Below are positions 53,861 to 62,932 of a DNA stretch of 64,000 nt, in pieces (position 1 is the first letter of the stretch; the number at the start of each line of letters is the position of its first letter). This stretch comes from an uncultured Bacilli bacterium (lineage in GTDB: Bacteria; Bacillota_I; Bacilli_A; RF39; UBA660): NCBI GenBank assembly GCA_947626095.1, contig CANQQV010000010.1:1-64000 (forward strand). Reading direction: 5' to 3'. The notes under the pieces are model-generated. The model ran no database searches. It had not been told where the DNA came from and saw only the letters and a program-made list of their open reading frames with translations. The translations under genes were made by a program, and so were the position numbers.

Positions 53861-54388
53861 TTAATTTTTATTGCTTAGTTTAGGAATTGATTGAGGAGCA
53901 TAAGCACTAATTGCCTCTCCTGAGAAATCAGTTTCAGAAATAGCTGTTGCTGTTAATGTTTTACTAGAAGCTTCATTAAGAGCATTATTTATTTCAGTTG
54001 TTAAATCGTTTTTTATTTGCGTGTAGTCGGTGACCTTTTTCTGCCAACTTGAAATTTCGCTAGAATAATCAGTGGTATATTCACCTTTTTCATTTTTAGT
54101 TCGACTGTTTTGACAATCGTTATAATAATTTAACTTTTCGTTAGCTGTTTTAAGATTGGCTTTGTTTTCTTCATATTCTTTGTATTTATCACAAGCCTTA
54201 GCAAAGGCTTCCATTTGTTCATCAATTGTTGGAAAAAATTCACTTATAAAACTTTGAGTTTGAGATGTTAAACTATCATATGAAGATCCTTGCCATGAAC
54301 CATTAATACTTTCTAATGATGAAGAAAAACTATCTTTGGCTGTAGATATTTTATCTTTATCTCCTCTAACTACATCACTGCTAACCAT
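53861..54388 (-). CDS. WXG100/LXG-like carrier without catalytic domain (family C, copy 2)
   Basis: MVSS..V.GD and WQG.S.D motifs; paralogous to the N-half of 57289..58209. Confidence 0.78.
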   Translation of the reverse strand: MVSSDVVRGDKDKISTAKDSFSSSLESINGSWQGSSYDSLTSQTQSFISEFFPTIDEQMEAFAKACDKYKEYEENKANLKTANEKLNYYNDCQNSRTKNEKGEYTTDYSSEISSWQKKVTDYTQIKNDLTTEINNALNEASSKTLTATAISETDFSGEAISAYAPQSIPKLSNKN

Positions 54389-54441
54389 TTTGAATCGCCT
54401 CCTAGATTACCTTCTATAATATATTTTATCATTCGAATAGA

Positions 54442-54483
54442 ATGTTGACAATTTTTTTATTTAATAAAATGGATGTTGACAAT
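54442..54483. repeat. 11-bp direct repeat ATGTTGACAAT (31-bp period) in the divergent promoter region
   Basis: Copies at 54442-54452 and 54473-54483, each containing TTGACA. Confidence 0.8.
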
Positions 54484-54594
54484 AGATAGGTATTTATTTA
54501 CTTTGAGATGTAAAATTTTAGTTCTTTAGGAATATTTATAGCATTTTCTTATTTAAAATGATAAACTGAAAGTAGTAATAATAGGAGGGTATTT

Positions 54595-54882
54595 ATGGCA
54601 AAATATGTATGTGATTTTGAACAAGTCACTTCTATTGGAGATGAAGTATGTAACTTAGTTAGTGATACACGAAGTGCGTTAGATACTTATTCTTCTGGTA
54701 TTGAAAATAATTTATCTTCTTGGTCTGGAGACGCGAAATCAGCATTTTCTTCTACTAGCTCTTCAGTAGTAACGCAAACTAAGACAGATTTGGAATATGT
54801 TACAGCTCTAGGAAATTATATAAAAGCTTGTGCTCAAGCAGTTCAAACGGTTGAAGAGAAACTGACAGAGATGAAAATTTAA
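54595..54882 (+). CDS. WXG100 family protein (family A, copy 2)
   Basis: MAKYVCDF start and central SWSG; 95 aa; strong RBS AGGAGG. Confidence 0.85.
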   Translation: MAKYVCDFEQVTSIGDEVCNLVSDTRSALDTYSSGIENNLSSWSGDAKSAFSSTSSSVVTQTKTDLEYVTALGNYIKACAQAVQTVEEKLTEMKI

Positions 54883-54899
54883 AAGAAAGGAAATGTAAC

Positions 54900-55679
54900 A
54901 TGGCAGATTATGGATTTAGCGATTATGCTATTTTTGATGAAGGTTATGGAACAGTTAATAATTTAAAAGGTAGTTTATCAACAAATACTGATGATATTAA
55001 TAAATGTAAATCCGAATTAAATAGTGAAGCTGTATTTATGGGGCCAATGTGTGATTCATGTGTTGAAGGATTTGATAGTACTAATGCTTTTTTAGTATCA
55101 GTTACTAATAATTTTGATAAAATCGCTTCTTATTTAACGGAAATATCAACAGCTTATAAGAATGGTGATGAAAATGCTTCTAAAAAGATTTTAGGTATTG
55201 AAGGTGGCGTTGTTGAGACTAGGACAAAAACTGTTATAACAGGAGATACAACGCAAGATCAAATATTTAATTATCTAAAAAATGAAGGATTTAATAATGC
55301 TGCTATTGCTGGTATTTTAGCAAACATGGAATATGAGTCTGGATTTAAGACTACTGTATATGGTGATGGGGGAACGTCTTATGGGTTATGTCAATGGCAT
55401 TCAGGAAGATTTACTAATCTTAGAAATTATTGTAGTAATAATGGTCTTGATTATACTTCTGTTGAAGGCCAAATGTCTTATTTGATGTATGAACTTAAGA
55501 ATAGTTATCCTGGTGTTTATAATTATATTAAAAATGTTCCTAATACTAAGCAAGGTGCTTATGATGCCGCTTATAAGTGGACTGTTTCATTTGAAATACC
55601 TGCTAATAAAGAATCTTCAGGAGCAAAACGAGGTAATACTGCTCAATCTAAGTATTGGGAAAAATATGGGGATGCATAG
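54900..55679 (+). CDS. WXG-like (FMG) carrier fused to a phage-tail-lysozyme-like domain (family B, copy 2)
   Basis: FMGP..D.C and YxxxD (YKNGD); C-terminal AGILAN...ES, YGL.QW...R, A.......FE.P lysozyme motifs. Confidence 0.85.
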   Translation: MADYGFSDYAIFDEGYGTVNNLKGSLSTNTDDINKCKSELNSEAVFMGPMCDSCVEGFDSTNAFLVSVTNNFDKIASYLTEISTAYKNGDENASKKILGIEGGVVETRTKTVITGDTTQDQIFNYLKNEGFNNAAIAGILANMEYESGFKTTVYGDGGTSYGLCQWHSGRFTNLRNYCSNNGLDYTSVEGQMSYLMYELKNSYPGVYNYIKNVPNTKQGAYDAAYKWTVSFEIPANKESSGAKRGNTAQSKYWEKYGDA

Positions 55680-55712
55680 AATATACTTCTAGCCAATAAA
55701 TTTAAGATATTT

Positions 55713-55744
55713 AAAAAAGCAAATATTTTTCTATTTGCTTTTTT
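55713..55744. terminator. Bidirectional terminator between convergent island halves
   Basis: AAAAAAGCAAATA-TTTTTC-TATTTGCTTTTTT. Confidence 0.8.
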
Positions 55745-55756
55745 CTTTTTAGTTTA

Positions 55757-56680
55757 CTATATAGTAGAAGTCTCTTTTTCTTTTGGTGATTCATTACTAT
55801 TTGTTTTATCTTCTTCTTTTTTTTCTTCTGGTAACTTTTCATTATTTGGAGAATCTTCAGTTTTTTCTTCTACTTTCGCTTCATCGGCTTTATCTTCAGC
55901 GGTTGAATCACTTTCATCTGGTAAAGGTTCAATTTCTATTTCTTCATCCTCAACATCGACATTTACTTTATCAAACATTGCTTTGATAGCATCAATGTCA
56001 GTTAGTTCTGTTGTTGAAGCTAAAACAATACCATTTTTAACGATGCATAGAGATGATTCGACATCCTCTTCCTCTTTTTCGTTGATTACTAAATCAATAT
56101 CATATACTTTGGATAGTTCTTCGGCTAGTTCAAGTTTCTCTTTGTAGTTATCATCTTTTTTACTTAAAGTTAGAACTAATACTTTTTCTTTTATCATATT
56201 TAGTTTTTCAATAGTATCTTCTGTAAATAAATCTCCAGCCAATAGTTCTTTTAATACAGCTAAAGAGATTGCGTCAGGCACAAATACTTTACCACTTGGG
56301 CCTGTTACGGTTTCTTCGTTGAATGTTAATCCACTGGCGCCATATGCACCACCAGAGCCACCGCCATAGCCGCCATATCGACCTGATTGGTAGCTAACTG
56401 TTCCGTTGTTAGATTGGCCACCGCCATTAATAGATTCTTGTAATTCTGTATGAGTACTAACAACTTTTTTTAAGTATTGATTTGTTAGTCGAAACTTAAT
56501 ATAAGCGCTAGATACATTAGTAGAAACTGCATCTTTAGCACTGCTAAAATTAAAGCCATCATCATTTTCAACATCGTATTTACTAACACTACGCATAACA
56601 TCACGAGCATTGGTAGAAAGTTCTTTTAATGAATCAGCAACGGAATCTACAGCTCCTGTATCTAAGAGAAATTTGGTCAT
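55757..56680 (-). CDS. WXG-like N-domain, Gly-rich linker, Cys-less thioredoxin-like domain and acidic tail (family D, copy 1)
   Basis: Paralogue of 52932..53837. Confidence 0.7.
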   Translation of the reverse strand: MTKFLLDTGAVDSVADSLKELSTNARDVMRSVSKYDVENDDGFNFSSAKDAVSTNVSSAYIKFRLTNQYLKKVVSTHTELQESINGGGQSNNGTVSYQSGRYGGYGGGSGGAYGASGLTFNEETVTGPSGKVFVPDAISLAVLKELLAGDLFTEDTIEKLNMIKEKVLVLTLSKKDDNYKEKLELAEELSKVYDIDLVINEKEEEDVESSLCIVKNGIVLASTTELTDIDAIKAMFDKVNVDVEDEEIEIEPLPDESDSTAEDKADEAKVEEKTEDSPNNEKLPEEKKEEDKTNSNESPKEKETSTI

Positions 56681-56697
56681 TATTTTACCTTCTTTCT

Positions 56698-57270
56698 TTA
56701 TTCGTAATGAATATTATCCATAACTACAGTTAAGGCTTTGTCTAAAGTTTTAATTATTTCATCATTATCTAAGTCTTGAACATTTTCTAACAATTTGAAT
56801 CTTTCATTTACAGCATATGGACCTGATGCTATAGATAATTGACAAAATTCATTTGTTTTATCGTTAATAAAGTATGCTGTTATTTGGCGAACAAAGTTTA
56901 ATTTATCCATAGTTCCCAATAAAATATCTTGAAGATAGATTTTAAAAGGAATATTTTCTTTTTGATAAGCTTTAAAATATAGCATACATTTTTTGTTTTT
57001 ATATAATTCATTATTAGCAATAGTATCTTCAATTGAATTATTTACTACTTTTATATGATCTTCAAATGTTTCATCGTCTTTTAAGATGCCATCATTGAAA
57101 AATTGTTCTAAAGTATTTTGATTTTTAGCAACAAAGAAGTTATTTTCATTTTCTTTGCTTTGCGCAACTATTTCAAATCCATCTAGGATAGGAATTATTA
57201 AATTTCCTTCTTCTAATTCTTGATTTGCTTTATTAGCAATATCTAATATTATATCTATTTTATCGTTCAT
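56698..57270 (-). CDS. Hypothetical protein, candidate immunity or accessory factor
   Basis: 190 aa, no signal peptide; lies directly after the C39 effector-like gene. Confidence 0.65.
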   Translation of the reverse strand: MNDKIDIILDIANKANQELEEGNLIIPILDGFEIVAQSKENENNFFVAKNQNTLEQFFNDGILKDDETFEDHIKVVNNSIEDTIANNELYKNKKCMLYFKAYQKENIPFKIYLQDILLGTMDKLNFVRQITAYFINDKTNEFCQLSIASGPYAVNERFKLLENVQDLDNDEIIKTLDKALTVVMDNIHYE

Positions 57271-57288
57271 AATAATTCTCCTTTATTA

Positions 57289-58209
57289 CTAAACAGTGAA
57301 TGAGTACATGGCAGCTTTAGATTCGCGTGCAATTAAGGATGCATCATAAGATCGACCACTTCGATCACGGCTTGCTGGATCGGCGACGATAACACGACCA
57401 TTTTCATCTAAGCCTCTTAAAACAATATAGTGGCCTCCTCTAGTAAAGGTACCAGGTCCCATATGAGCAATAATAACTTTTCCTTCGGAAAGGCTTTGAA
57501 CAATATTCTGAGCAGTAGGACTTTGTTCTTGACATTCTATACCATAGGTACTTGCCATCGCAGGGAATAAAGCAGCATATGTACCATTTCCTTCACAACG
57601 ATAGCCGTGTTGTACACTATAAGCCGATGTGTCTACTGGAGTAATTGTTTCACCTGTTATATAAGTTAAAACCATTGCCATTGATGTTGGACCACAACCT
57701 GAAGAAGCAATTGTTCCACTACGACCATAAGAATAATTACGATAATCACCTTGATAATAGTTAACAAAGTCATTTAAAGTAACCATGTTTTTGTAAGCTT
57801 CGACTGTAGATTCCGCGCTTGGTAATTTTTGAGAAGTAACATTAGATAAAAGGCTATTTATTTCTGATTTTAGACTGCTCATGCGGTCAGCATAATTATC
57901 TATTTGATTACGATAATATGATTTATTTTCTTCTGAGGCACTATAATAACTTGATTCAGCTGATTCTTTTGAAGCTTTGGCTGATTTATATTCTTCGTAT
58001 TTATTTAAAGCATTAGCAAAGTTTGATAATTGAGATATGATTGTCTCTTTATACTCAGAAACGAATTCTGATGACAAATTAGTGGCATTATCTTTAGATG
58101 GTCCTTGCCATACGGAATCGTTATTAACAGAATCCATTTGTGAAGTATAGTTTGAGAATAATCCTTGTAAGGTTTGTGAATCGCCATTTACTGTTCCACT
58201 TGATACCAT
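57289..58209 (-). CDS. WXG100/LXG-like carrier fused to a C39-like papain-fold peptidase (family C, copy 1)
   Basis: WQGPS; C-terminal Y.Q, SGCGPTS.AMV, GHYIVL, DP (Cys-His-Asp). Confidence 0.85.
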   Translation of the reverse strand: MVSSGTVNGDSQTLQGLFSNYTSQMDSVNNDSVWQGPSKDNATNLSSEFVSEYKETIISQLSNFANALNKYEEYKSAKASKESAESSYYSASEENKSYYRNQIDNYADRMSSLKSEINSLLSNVTSQKLPSAESTVEAYKNMVTLNDFVNYYQGDYRNYSYGRSGTIASSGCGPTSMAMVLTYITGETITPVDTSAYSVQHGYRCEGNGTYAALFPAMASTYGIECQEQSPTAQNIVQSLSEGKVIIAHMGPGTFTRGGHYIVLRGLDENGRVIVADPASRDRSGRSYDASLIARESKAAMYSFTV

Positions 58210-58628
58210 TAGACACTACCTACTTTCTCGCCAACATTTTTATCGCTTTCACTGTAAGATTCGCTATTATCGCTTAATACTCGAGCACTTGTATCAAGGC
58301 TAGTATTTGTTGATACAGTTAATTCTGATAAACCATTCCATGTACCATAGCAGTAATCAGCGAATGGTCCCATAAAGGTACTTTCAGTAAAAATGTCATT
58401 AATAACTTTATTACATTCATTAATACTTTCATTTACGTCTTTAACTGCGCTTTCGATATTTTGAACACCACTAGATAAGTCAGTATAATCAGCTTTATAA
58501 TTTGTTTCACCAGTTATGCTAGTATTTTGAGTATTGATTGTTCCAAGTCCTGTGTTGGATGTTAATGAGCTAGTATCCGTACTATTTAGTTGACTATTAT
58601 TACCTAAATTTTCATTTTCTATTGCCAT
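58209..58628 (-). CDS. WXG-like (FMG) protein without catalytic domain (family B, copy 1)
   Basis: FMGP.AD.C and YxxxD (YSESD); paralogous to the N-domain of 54900..55679. Confidence 0.78.
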   Translation of the reverse strand: MAIENENLGNNSQLNSTDTSSLTSNTGLGTINTQNTSITGETNYKADYTDLSSGVQNIESAVKDVNESINECNKVINDIFTESTFMGPFADYCYGTWNGLSELTVSTNTSLDTSARVLSDNSESYSESDKNVGEKVGSV

Positions 58629-58643
58629 ATTTTCACATCCAAT

Positions 58644-58931
58644 CTAAAACTTTAAAGCTGCTAAAGAGTTTTCGGCTTCTTCTATTTTCCCAACACTATC
58701 TTTAATATAGTTAGACATCTGTCTCATTGTTTCTATTTGTCCTTGTAAATTAGTAGTTATTGCATCACTACTATTTTTATAGCTTTCAGAGGCACGGCCA
58801 GTCCAACTTACTAAATCGGAGTCTAATTTACTTTTTTGAGATGTTACATTACCATTTAAATTTGAAAGTTCACGATCTAAAGTATCACAATAAGATCTAA
58901 TCGCATCAAAATCACATACGTATTTAGCCAT
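58644..58931 (-). CDS. WXG100 family protein (family A, copy 1)
   Basis: MAKYVCDF start and central SWTG; 95 aa. Confidence 0.85.
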   Translation of the reverse strand: MAKYVCDFDAIRSYCDTLDRELSNLNGNVTSQKSKLDSDLVSWTGRASESYKNSSDAITTNLQGQIETMRQMSNYIKDSVGKIEEAENSLAALKF

Positions 58932-59072
58932 ATTATCACTATCTTTCTATTTTATATTTTAGCATGGGATGTGTATATTTTCAATCGAGTTTACGTTTTA
59001 TAATTTCTGAAGATAAATATTTTACATAAGATAATATTATGGGATATGATATAATGTGATAAAGGTGATTTT

Positions 59073-60404
59073 ATGTTAAAAAACAAGAAGGTTTTTATTC
59101 TAGGAATGGCTAGAAGTGGTTTTGAAGCTGCTAAGTTAATTGCTAGAGATAACAAAGTACTAATTACCGATATGAAAGAACAAGATAAAAAACAAATAAA
59201 TATTCTTAGTGATTTAGGAGTTAAATTTGTTTTAAGTGATAATCCTGTTGACTTATTAGATAACAGCTATGATTTAGTTATTAAAAATCCTGGTATAAAG
59301 TATGATCATCCAACAGTAGTAAAAGCAAGAAATTTAGGAATAAAAGTTATTAATGAAGTAGAGCTCGCTTATGAATATTTAGATAAAGGAGTTAAAGTAA
59401 TTGGTGTTACTGGTTCTAATGGTAAAACAACGACTGTAACACTTATTTATAATATTTTAAAAACAGATGGTAAACCAGTATGGTTAGGAGGAAATATCGG
59501 GACACCGTTATGTAATTTTGTTAAAGATATCAAAAAGAATGATATTTTAGTTATGGAAATATCTGATCATCAATTATGTGATATGTATGATTTTAAAACA
59601 AATGTTAGTGTCTTAACAAATATATATGAAGTACATACGGATTTTCATGATTCACATGAAAGATATGTTAAAACAAAATTAAAGATATTTAATAATCATA
59701 CGAAGGATGATATAGCAATCATTAACTATGATAATAAAGAGGCTGTGAATAATACAAAAGATATTAACAGTACAAAGTATTACTTTTCAAAAGAAAATCA
59801 ACAGAATGTTTATTTGAATAATAATGTAATATATTATAAGGGAAAAAAGATTATTGATATCGATGAGATTATGTTAAAAGGAGAACATAATTTAGAAAAC
59901 ATTATGGCAGCAATTAGTGTCGTTAAATTATTTAACGTCAGTGATAGTAGTATTGTTAAAGTATTAAAAACATTTGGTGGTGTAGAACATCGAATTGAGT
60001 ATGTTAGAACAATTAAAGGTGTTAGTTATTATAATGATGCTAAAGCAACAAATTGTGAATCGACTAAAACGGCTTTGAAGTCATTTAAAGAACCAATCTT
60101 ACTTATTTTAGGTGGTTTAGATAGAGGCCATAGCTTTGAAGAATTAAATGAAGAGATGGTTAATGTCAAAGAAGTGGCTTGTTATGGTGAAACTAAGATG
60201 AGAATTAAAGAGTATTGTGATACAATAAATAAGCCTTGTGAAGTTTTTGATAACTTGGAACAAGCAACAAGATATTTAATTAAAAGAGCTAAAAAAGGTG
60301 ATATTGTATTATTAAGTCCGGCTTGTGCTTCATGGGATCAATATGAAAAGTTTGAAGATCGTGGTGACGAGTTTAAAGGAATTATTAATTCAATTAAGGA
60401 GTGA
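59073..60404 (+). CDS. murD: UDP-N-acetylmuramoyl-L-alanine--D-glutamate ligase
   Basis: TGSNGKTT, GNIG.P, EHR.E, ND.KATN, LSPACAS.DQ...FE.RG motifs. Confidence 0.96.
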   Translation: MLKNKKVFILGMARSGFEAAKLIARDNKVLITDMKEQDKKQINILSDLGVKFVLSDNPVDLLDNSYDLVIKNPGIKYDHPTVVKARNLGIKVINEVELAYEYLDKGVKVIGVTGSNGKTTTVTLIYNILKTDGKPVWLGGNIGTPLCNFVKDIKKNDILVMEISDHQLCDMYDFKTNVSVLTNIYEVHTDFHDSHERYVKTKLKIFNNHTKDDIAIINYDNKEAVNNTKDINSTKYYFSKENQQNVYLNNNVIYYKGKKIIDIDEIMLKGEHNLENIMAAISVVKLFNVSDSSIVKVLKTFGGVEHRIEYVRTIKGVSYYNDAKATNCESTKTALKSFKEPILLILGGLDRGHSFEELNEEMVNVKEVACYGETKMRIKEYCDTINKPCEVFDNLEQATRYLIKRAKKGDIVLLSPACASWDQYEKFEDRGDEFKGIINSIKE

Positions 60405-60410
60405 TAACTC

Positions 60411-61784
60411 ATGAATATTAAAGATTATAAAAATATTTATATGGTAGGTATTGGTGGTATCAGTATGAGTGGTATTGCCGAAATACTAAAAAAATGGAAT
60501 TACAATGTCTGGGGATCAGATTGGTCTAAATCTAGTCAGACAGATTGGTTAGAGAATAATGGTATTAAAGTAAATATTGGACAAGTAAAAGAAAATATTA
60601 CTAAGGACATTGATTTAGTTGTTTATACGGCAGCGATTAAGCAAGATAATCCTGAGTTAGTTAGAGCAAGGGAACTTAATATTCCAACTGTTGAAAGAGG
60701 AGATTTTTTAGGAGAACTAACTAAATTATTTAAAGATACAATTGGAATTGCGGGAACTCATGGTAAAACTAGTACAACAAGTATGGTGTCTTATTCTTTC
60801 TTAGAAGCTAATTATGATCCATCTATTCAAGTAGGAGCTAATTTAAAGGTATTAGATGGTAATTATCGTGTTGGTAATAGTGATTATTTTGTAATTGAAG
60901 CTTGTGAGTACTGTGAAAGTTATTTAAGATTTAAACAAAGAAGTGCAATAGTTTTAAATATAGATGATGATCATTTAGACTATTTTAAGAATATTGACAA
61001 TATTAAAAAGAGCTTTGAAAAGTATGTTTCATTACTACCTAGTGATGGTTATTTAGTATTAAATCGTGATGATGAAAGATGTTATGATTTAAGAAAGAGC
61101 ACTAAAGCTCATGTTATTACTGTTGGCAAGGATAATAAAGCTGATTGGTATTATGATAATGTTAGTTTTGATGATGATGGCTATCCTACCTATGAAGTTT
61201 ATTATAAAGGAGAATTAAAAGGGAAGATAACTTTAAGAGTAACTGGATTACATAATGTTTTTAATAGTTTGTGTTGTATTGCTTTATGCGATGCTTATGG
61301 TATCGATATTAAAATAGTAGCTAAAGCATTGCTTAAGTATGATGGTGCTTCAAGAAGACTAGAATATAAGGGAATGCTTAATGGGGCGAAAGTATATGAT
61401 GATTATGGACATCATCCAACAGAGATCAAAGCGACAATAATGGGTATTAAAAACAAAAAATATAACGAATCTTGGGTTGTATTTGAAGCTCATACTTATA
61501 GCAGATTAATGGCTCATTTAAAAGAGTTTGCTGAAAGTTTAATACATTTTGATCATATTATAATTGTTGATATATATGCAGCTAGAGAGGTTAATACTTA
61601 TAATATTAGTGAAGATGATTTAATAAAAGAAATAAATAAATTAGGTAAGGAAGCTATTCATATTAGTGATTATGACGAAGTTATTAAGTATTTAAAAGAG
61701 AATGTTAAAGAAGGAGATTTAATTTTAACATTAGGTGCTGGTAATGTTACAAAGATTGCAAATAAAATAAAAGAGATGAATTAA
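60411..61784 (+). CDS. murC: UDP-N-acetylmuramate--L-alanine ligase
   Basis: GIGGI.MSG.A, AGTHGKT.TT, EACE, DHLD, DDY.HHPTE, T.GAG motifs. Confidence 0.96.
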   Translation: MNIKDYKNIYMVGIGGISMSGIAEILKKWNYNVWGSDWSKSSQTDWLENNGIKVNIGQVKENITKDIDLVVYTAAIKQDNPELVRARELNIPTVERGDFLGELTKLFKDTIGIAGTHGKTSTTSMVSYSFLEANYDPSIQVGANLKVLDGNYRVGNSDYFVIEACEYCESYLRFKQRSAIVLNIDDDHLDYFKNIDNIKKSFEKYVSLLPSDGYLVLNRDDERCYDLRKSTKAHVITVGKDNKADWYYDNVSFDDDGYPTYEVYYKGELKGKITLRVTGLHNVFNSLCCIALCDAYGIDIKIVAKALLKYDGASRRLEYKGMLNGAKVYDDYGHHPTEIKATIMGIKNKKYNESWVVFEAHTYSRLMAHLKEFAESLIHFDHIIIVDIYAAREVNTYNISEDDLIKEINKLGKEAIHISDYDEVIKYLKENVKEGDLILTLGAGNVTKIANKIKEMN

Positions 61785-61798
61785 ATTAATCATCTCTT

Positions 61799-62617
61799 TT
61801 ATAATGCTTTATTGTTATTTTCAGATATATTTACACTTTGATTAAATTTTTCTAAGCATGTTTTAACTTCTGGATCTAAAAAGCTTAATGCTCTTTCTTT
61901 TATTTCTTCAGGAATACCAAAAAAGCTTTCGGCAATTGATCCGGTCATACAGGCTAAGGTATCAGCATCTCCGCCTAAACAAATAGCGTTTCTTATTGAA
62001 TCTTCAAAATCTGTTCCTTCTAAAAATGATTCTATTGCTTGGGGAACTGAACCAGCAGCACTAATATCATATTTATATTTACGATGAATAGCAGGAATTG
62101 TAAAATCTAATTGATAAAAATTATCTTCAATGTATTTTCTAATATCCTCTTTTGTCGCACCATTTCGGGCTAAAAAAATACATGCAGCAATGGCTTTTGC
62201 ACCTTTTATTCCGTCTGGATGATTATGAGTTATAGAACATTGGGCTTCAGCTAATGTTAAAGCTTCTTCAAGAGTGTCGGCAACATAGGCGACTGGTGCA
62301 GTACGCATCGCGCCACCATTAGCATAACTATTGTAAGGACCCATTTTTTCATCTTGTAGCCAATCAAAGAATCTATAACCATATCCAGCATCGGGATACT
62401 TATTTCCTAATCGTCTCATTTCACTTTCGGCAACTTTTTTAAATTCTTCGAGATTTTTTGTCTCTTTGTATTTTATACAGGCTAAGGCAATAGCGCAAGT
62501 CATTACTGTATCATCGGTAAAAAAGCATCTATCTTTAAAAAATTTAAATTCTTTTTGTTTAATAGTTCTAAATTCATATACAGAACCAACTATATCACCA
62601 ATTATTGCTCCATACAT
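61799..62617 (-). CDS. ADP-ribosylglycohydrolase (DraG/ARH family)
   Basis: GAI.GD..G..YEF, TDDT, NG.AMR, TH.H, GGDADT motifs. Confidence 0.93.
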   Translation of the reverse strand: MYGAIIGDIVGSVYEFRTIKQKEFKFFKDRCFFTDDTVMTCAIALACIKYKETKNLEEFKKVAESEMRRLGNKYPDAGYGYRFFDWLQDEKMGPYNSYANGGAMRTAPVAYVADTLEEALTLAEAQCSITHNHPDGIKGAKAIAACIFLARNGATKEDIRKYIEDNFYQLDFTIPAIHRKYKYDISAAGSVPQAIESFLEGTDFEDSIRNAICLGGDADTLACMTGSIAESFFGIPEEIKERALSFLDPEVKTCLEKFNQSVNISENNNKAL

Positions 62618-62931
62618 AGACTTTTCTCACTTTCCTCTGGCGAGAGATATTTAGTAAAATCTTCGATATCTTCGTTGTTAAAATATATTTTTTGCAATTC
62701 ATTATTTCTTTTGACTAATCCTTGATAGTCATAAAATACTTTATTATATATGGCATATTTGTGTTCGATAATTACTTCTTCGCCAGAAAGTAATTTTACA
62801 ATTGTTCCATTAGGAATGTGAGGTTTAGCAGTAGCATCTTCTATTTGCTGTACGTCAATACCTTCACCTTTAAACTCTGAAATATCAGTTTCAAATCTTT
62901 CTAAGTTTTTATTTGGTTCTAAATTATCCAT
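62602..62931 (-). CDS. Small acidic hypothetical protein, candidate toxin immunity
   Basis: 109 aa; starts 1 nt after the toxin stop and overlaps the ARH start. Confidence 0.7.
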   Translation of the reverse strand: MDNLEPNKNLERFETDISEFKGEGIDVQQIEDATAKPHIPNGTIVKLLSGEEVIIEHKYAIYNKVFYDYQGLVKRNNELQKIYFNNEDIEDFTKYLSPEESEKSLCMEQ

Positions 62932-62932
62932 C

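Noticed and set aside
54900-55679. Prophage remnant suggested by the phage-tail lysozyme domain
   Set aside because: No other phage genes nearby; the domain is fused to a WXG-like carrier
54389-55756. Active invertible element flanking the plus-strand WXG block
   Set aside because: No matching inverted repeats at the ends and no recombinase in the window
59073-60404. Mycoplasma-type genetic code 4
   Set aside because: murD and the LemA gene end at TGA at the expected lengths, and conserved genes are intact under code 11
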